Shown here piece by piece: positions 58,010 through 64,000 of a stretch of DNA of 64,000 nucleotides. The stretch spans positions 260,338,001-260,402,000 of the forward strand of contig OZ024740.1 of the NCBI GenBank assembly GCA_964016885.1, written 5' to 3'. Both the position numbers and the translations under genes were made by a program. Each line of letters begins with the position of its first letter. Positions within the stretch are counted from its first letter, which is position 1. The notes beneath the pieces were generated by a model, which ran no database searches, had not been told where the DNA came from, and saw nothing but the letters and a program-made list of their open reading frames with translations. Source of the stretch: Eledone cirrhosa. Taxonomy: Eukaryota.

Positions 58010-60950
58010 TATATAAAAGAGAAAGACGGTTTTATGTGTACATCCTCTGTTTATTACATAATTCTGTTATACGTATTTCGAAGACACCAGACTGGTTGCA
58101 TTATGACCGTCTGACGTGTTCTCTTCAGACAAGTAGAAATTTGTGGTGTTTTTGTTTTTGATATGCTACTGGTTCAGGATTGTGTTTACATTGCTGTCCA
58201 GTAGTCATATGAATAGTATTGCTATTCTAGTAGGTATATAGGAAGTGGGAGGTTTGTATTGTTGTTGGCATTCTAGGGACGGTAAGTAGGTTAAAGTATC
58301 AAATTACCTGAGGGGTCAGTCGCCCCGGTTCATATATGTTAAAGAATTGGTTTGAATAATCTACGTATTTATTTGTTTGTTAATTTGTTTGAACTTAAGG
58401 CTACATATTTATATTTCCAGGCTATGTATTATTAGAGAATGAAATTCTTGTGCAACTATGTATTAATGCATTGGATGTATAGGTTTATTAATTATTTTCA
58501 GGTCTAGTTGTAGGTTAACGTTTACGGAATTTGCTAACTACAGAATCTCAGGAAAGTTTTCGAAATTTCAGGACTTAAAATTCTTTTCTTCAGAGTATAA
58601 GGAACTCCCGGAGAAAAATGTTCGAGTTTCTTCTCTTTGGAATTAAATTTAGATTTAAGTTTTATAAACCACTTTCAAGTGTTGTTTGATAGTTACTTCA
58701 CGAGAAGAATGACGTCAATTGCCGATGTAGTATTTAATGGAATCAATTTTCTTTTTTTTTGTATGAGATGTTTAGGTTGCATGTGTGTGTGCGCGCGTGT
58801 ATATTTTTATGTCCAGTATTGTGTCCTAAGTTCTAATCTGTTATTTATTTGTGGGTTGAGGCTACGTATGAGCAAGGCTTCCTTAATTCTTAAATTGCCC
58901 ACATTTCTCTCCCTGGCTTTAATATTGACAGTTATATCTTTCTTGGTGTTTCTGTATCTGTCAATGTGTGTCTTGAATGGGGTTGCGTGTGTGTTGAAGT
59001 GTTCTTTAATGCGGGTGTAGAGTGCTCGAGTCGTGCTACCAATATAGAACTCCTTACATTTACTGCATTCAATCCGGTATACCACATGTGTCCGCTAGTA
59101 CATACCTGTGTCGCGGATAGGGTAGTTAATCAGCGAGCATTGGTTATTATTGTCTCTGGATTGCTTTTTAGATAGGTATCCATGCAGTGAATGTCCAGCC
59201 CTTTTTTGCAGATGCCTCTGAGGATAAATGTGATTATGCTATCACTGAAGTGTGGTACTTTCATGAAGCATGTGTTGAGAGGTCTTATGCTTGCGGCACC
59301 TTCAGAAAATCTATGAAGGGTGCAGTGTGAGTGATCTGGTCCCCTGTCTTGTTGCATTTATTCCAGATACGCGGAAGTTCATTTCTTATGTATCCGGTTT
59401 TAGAATCAAGGAGAAGGGCTGATCTATAATGCACAAACGGGTCTCTGCTGGTGGCTTTCCTATAGAACCTTATGTTATTCTAAGTTGGAAGTCCAGCAGG
59501 GATAAGGAACCATTTTTATCGGAGTGTTCTATGGTAAATCATGTTGTTATGTATGTTTGAGAATGTCGAAGATATTATGTCGGCCTCTTCATGGGATGAT
59601 GTGAGGATGAGTACATCATCTATGTATCGGGTGAAGAAGACACAAGAGCGGCAGGCATTGAGCACTCGACGTTCCAATTGGTTCATATAGGTGATGGCCA
59701 GAAGGCCTGAAAGACTGGATCCCATGGGTAGGCCTGCTGTTTGTTTGTATGTGTGTTGCTGGAAAGTGAAATATGCATTTTCTACCATGACGGATAGAAG
59801 CTGATATATATCTTGTGGAGTGAGGCCGAAACAGTATCTGTTGTATGAAATCATTTATTCAGTCACTAGGGTTGAGAGCTGGGTGAGCGGGTATTGTCGT
59901 GTAGAGGGAGACAAAGTTGAGGCTAAAGGCATATCTGTTGAGTTTAAGTTGGTTAGGTTGTAAATGATATAGTCCTTGAATGACTTCGTCGGAGATGCTG
60001 ACATGTTCGGGAAAAGTAGCAAGCATAGGCTTGAGGATCTGGGAGAGGAACCAGAAGATTTTATAGAGGGGTCTTTCTATAGTAGAGACAATTGCTCTAA
60101 TCTGTAGATTAGCACTAGTTTTGTGGGATTTAATGAGGTGGTAGAATGTTGGCAGTCTGCTGTTTCTGGTGGTGAGGTTGTTTTTATATTTGTTGGGGAG
60201 TTGCCTTCGTCTGCAGATATCCGTCCAGGTGGTGGGATGCAGCTATGTCTGTCACTTCTGTATATAGTTCATTGTTGTTAAGGTTCTCATATGCCAAGCT
60301 GTTCTATGTGTCTCTCGAGATGACGCAGAATTATTTCCCTTTGTCGGAAGGGAAGTATACGAGGTCCTTCTCTCGCATGTTGTTTAGAATGAGGTGTTGT
60401 TTCCTGGGGAGGTTAGGGAGTATCTTCTTGTGTTTCAGTAATATGTTAAAAATAGAATGCTTAAGTCTGGAGTGTTTGAGGTCAAGCTCTCGGTCAATAG
60501 GCAGTGGAGAGAGTGGTTGGTCTAAATGGTATATAGAAAATTTAGTGTTGTTCATCGCAGTAGTAGCGTTGTTGTCAGTGGAGTTGTTTATTACTGAGAG
60601 CCATTTGAGTTGGTAGGCAGCTCGGCAAAAGCTAGCTTCAAGATTTAGTTTCATCCTGTCATCTAGTCGCTGAGTTAATATAAATTATGAGCCAAGGCTG
60701 AGGAGTTTAAGTTCTTCGTATGATAGTGATCCTGTCAAGTCTGTGACGAGAGTTGTATTATTTGAAGTATCGGTGATCTCAGTGGTGGTAGTTCCTTGAC
60801 TGTCTCTGTTGTAGTGTGAAGAATTGTTGTTCCTGTGGCGCTTCTTGCAAAGCCAGAGGAATTTTCGTTTCAGACGTTTCTTCTCGATCTATAGCAGCGG
60901 TTGTTTTCTGGAGCAGTGACTCTGATGTTCCAATTAGTTGGAAGCTCAGG
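58010..60950 (-). mobile_element. Near-full-length decayed PLE (Penelope/Poseidon-like RT + GIY-YIG)
   Basis: PSDKG, FYHLIKSHK..IRAIVS, YKQTAGLPMGSSLS, RYIDD, VYRIECSKCKEFYIGST..RIKEH..EALLI. Confidence 0.9.
58064..58132 (-). ncRNA. Type I hammerhead ribozyme at the PLE 3' end, intact core
   Basis: Minus strand ttgt-CTGAAGA-..cagac..ggt..acc..gtctg..-GAAA-tacgta-TA-acag, with AATAAA just downstream. Confidence 0.8.
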
Positions 60951-61227
60951 ACTCCATTTACATCTTTAGCACCACCACTCTCAACATCAATATCAACAAC
61001 AGCAAACGCAACGGCAATAATAAGAACAACAACAGTGATAACAAAACCAATAACAGTAATAACAACTCAAACTGCACCAATAATAACAGCAACACTAACA
61101 CAAATAGCTACAACAGAAAACTAAATTATTTCTCCTGGTGTTACCATTAGTGACTACATACAAATATACATACATACACACACACATACACACACGCGCG
61201 CACGCACATACATACACACATACATAC

Positions 61228-61302
<75 letters not shown>

Positions 61303-61440
61303 CATAGATGTATATATGTAAACATGTACATACATATCTATACACACACACACACATATATATATATACTACTTTTGTAGAGGGAAAAACAGACCCTTAA
61401 ATAGATCTCCCGTGCTATTTCCAGCTTCATCTTTTCTCTC

Positions 61441-61489
<49 letters not shown>

Positions 61490-61582
61490 GTTTATGTATA
61501 TATATATATATTTTCTTATTTTCCCCCGTTCCTTCCTACTATCACTCTTTACTTTCTATTTATATTCTAATTCTAACTCTAT

Positions 61583-61616
61583 ATTCTGATGACGGACTAG
61601 TGTCCGAAGCGTTAAG
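61583..61616 (+). ncRNA. Degenerate hammerhead-like motif
   Basis: CTGATGA-c-ggac-tagt-gtcc-GAAG-cgtt; stem I is poorly supported. Confidence 0.45.
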
Positions 61617-61741
61617 ACTTTCTTCCTGTGTTACAAGCGTTAAACTAATATATTTCTTCCATGTACCGTGCCATTTGTTTTGTTATTTTGCTATTTCTGA
61701 TTACCGTTTACACGCACACATATGTAACTTTGATAACTTTG

Positions 61742-61828
<87 letters not shown>

Positions 61829-62014
61829 CAAATAACGAAACGAAATTAAATTGCGCTTCGTTTGTAACTCACTTTTGTATGACTGACGCTTAAACGCTGG
61901 ACACTCACAGTAAAGTGACCAGTGAAAAACTCGGTACATCTACATATGTACACGTGTGTGTATTCATATGCATACTAGTATTTCAGTATACATATGTGGA
62001 TGTACATTTTTAAC

Positions 62015-62057
<43 letters not shown>

Positions 62058-62060
<3 letters not shown>

Positions 62061-63318
62061 GGTGGGGCATAATTCCTGTTACAAAGTTTTAAATCAATTT
62101 AAAAATACATTATGTTGCTAATATAACTAATATATTTGTATCAAATCCATTCACTATAACCATATTAACTATTTTTCAGAACATTACTCCATTAACAATT
62201 TGCAATGTCCATAGAATTGAAAAGAAAGTTCATTATAGAGAAGCATGAAAAAGGTCTGACTCCACCCGAGATATTTAAACTGGGGAAAATTCTTAAGATC
62301 AATAGAATGTTGATCAAAAGGACAATCGATCGATTTAAGGAAACTTTCTCGACCTAAGACAGACCTCGATCCGGACGCCCTCGCACCTCAAGAACACCAA
62401 AACTCGTTAAAAGTGTGAGGGAAAAAATAAGGCATAATCCAAGAAGGTCCATGAGAAAAATGGCAGAAGAAGCAGAAACATCGCCGAGAACTATGCGAAG
62501 GATATGTCGAGATGATCTGGGGATGTCACCCTATAAGTTCCAAAAGAGGCAGCTTCTTTCTGCAGTCACAATTGAAAGGATGGCTCGCTGCAAAACATCA
62601 TCTTTACAGATGAGAAGTTATTCACTGTGCAGCAGTCTCACAATCATCAAAATGATCGAGTACTTGCAAAAAGTCTCCAATCAATTCCTTCAAGTGTAGG
62701 AAAAGTGTTCAGAACACAGAAACCAGCATCAGTGATGATTTGGGCAGCCATTTCTGAAAGAGGTAAGTCTCCTCTGATTGTTGTGCCTCAAGGAGTTAAA
62801 ATTAACAAAGAACTTTACATAAAGGATATTTTGGAAGGAGCACTGATGCCATGGTGCACATCTGTTTATGGCGATGACATTTGGACTCTCCAACAAGATG
62901 GAGTGACGAGCCACACTGCTAGCGTAACACAACAGTGTTGTAGAGACCATTGTCCGGCATGGATCAATAAGGAAGAGTGGCTTCCCACATCACCAGATCT
63001 CAACCCTCTCGATTTTTCTTTATAGTCAATTCTTGAGAGTGAAGCCTGCTCTACTCCTAGCCAAAATATTGAAACTCAAAAATCAAAACTGAATAAAGTA
63101 TGGGAGAAAATACCCATGGAAATTGTTCGTGCAGCCATCGAAGACTTTCCTAGAAGACTTCGAGCGGTAGTGAGAGCTAGAGGAAAGTATTTCGAATAAA
63201 TTGTTGTGTAGTTGTTTAATAGTATATTACTTACTATTTGTTGAAGTCAGATCTTGAAATAAATGTTTTTTTCAAGAACTATTTGCATTTTATTTTGTAA
63301 CAGTTTTTATGCCCCACC

Positions 63319-63321
<3 letters not shown>
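62058..63321 (+). mobile_element. Tc1/mariner maT (DD37D) transposon with disrupted transposase
   Basis: TIRs cagggtggggcataa..ctgttacaaa / tttgtaacag..ttatgccccaccctg with TA flanks. IFTDEK, and 37 aa between the D of QQD and the final D of SPDLNPLD. Confidence 0.93.
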
Positions 63322-63867
<546 letters not shown>

Positions 63868-64000
63868 TTACACATGCACACACATATATGATGGTAGCCA
63901 CTTCACACTGGAGTATAGCCATCGCTTGAATTTTCAAACAGGCTTCTTCATGTGTGTAGTCATGGACGTGACTTTTTAGGCCAGCAAGAGTTCTACATTC

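Noticed and set aside
61878-61940. Possible hammerhead (CTGACGC...GAAAA)
   Set aside because: Core and stem I are unconvincing.

Overview
AT-rich, repeat-dense animal genomic DNA, probably a cephalopod (Octopus-like); this is inferred from the SINE types, (TA)n density and RTE/Dong/Penelope content. I found no convincing host gene, rRNA, tRNA gene or CRISPR array. Bases 1-14.3 kb are dominated by two minisatellites: 36-bp units, and an 11-kb array of about 216 x 51-bp units that produces the giant ORFs in the track. The rest is a nest of transposons: RTE and Dong/R4 LINEs, several Penelope-like elements (PLEs; Neptune-, Penelope/Poseidon- and Hydra-like), hATm, maT (DD37D), Helitrons, hAT MITEs, SINEs and two LTR-like inserts. 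The main signal the ORF track misses is about 18 type I hammerhead-ribozyme (HHR) motifs from many unrelated families. Six or seven have intact cores and three have unusually long stem II inserts. Most lie in fold-back inverted duplications embedded in (TA)n, consistent with PLE pseudo-LTRs. All folding and alignment was done by eye, so boundaries are approximate unless motifs are quoted.
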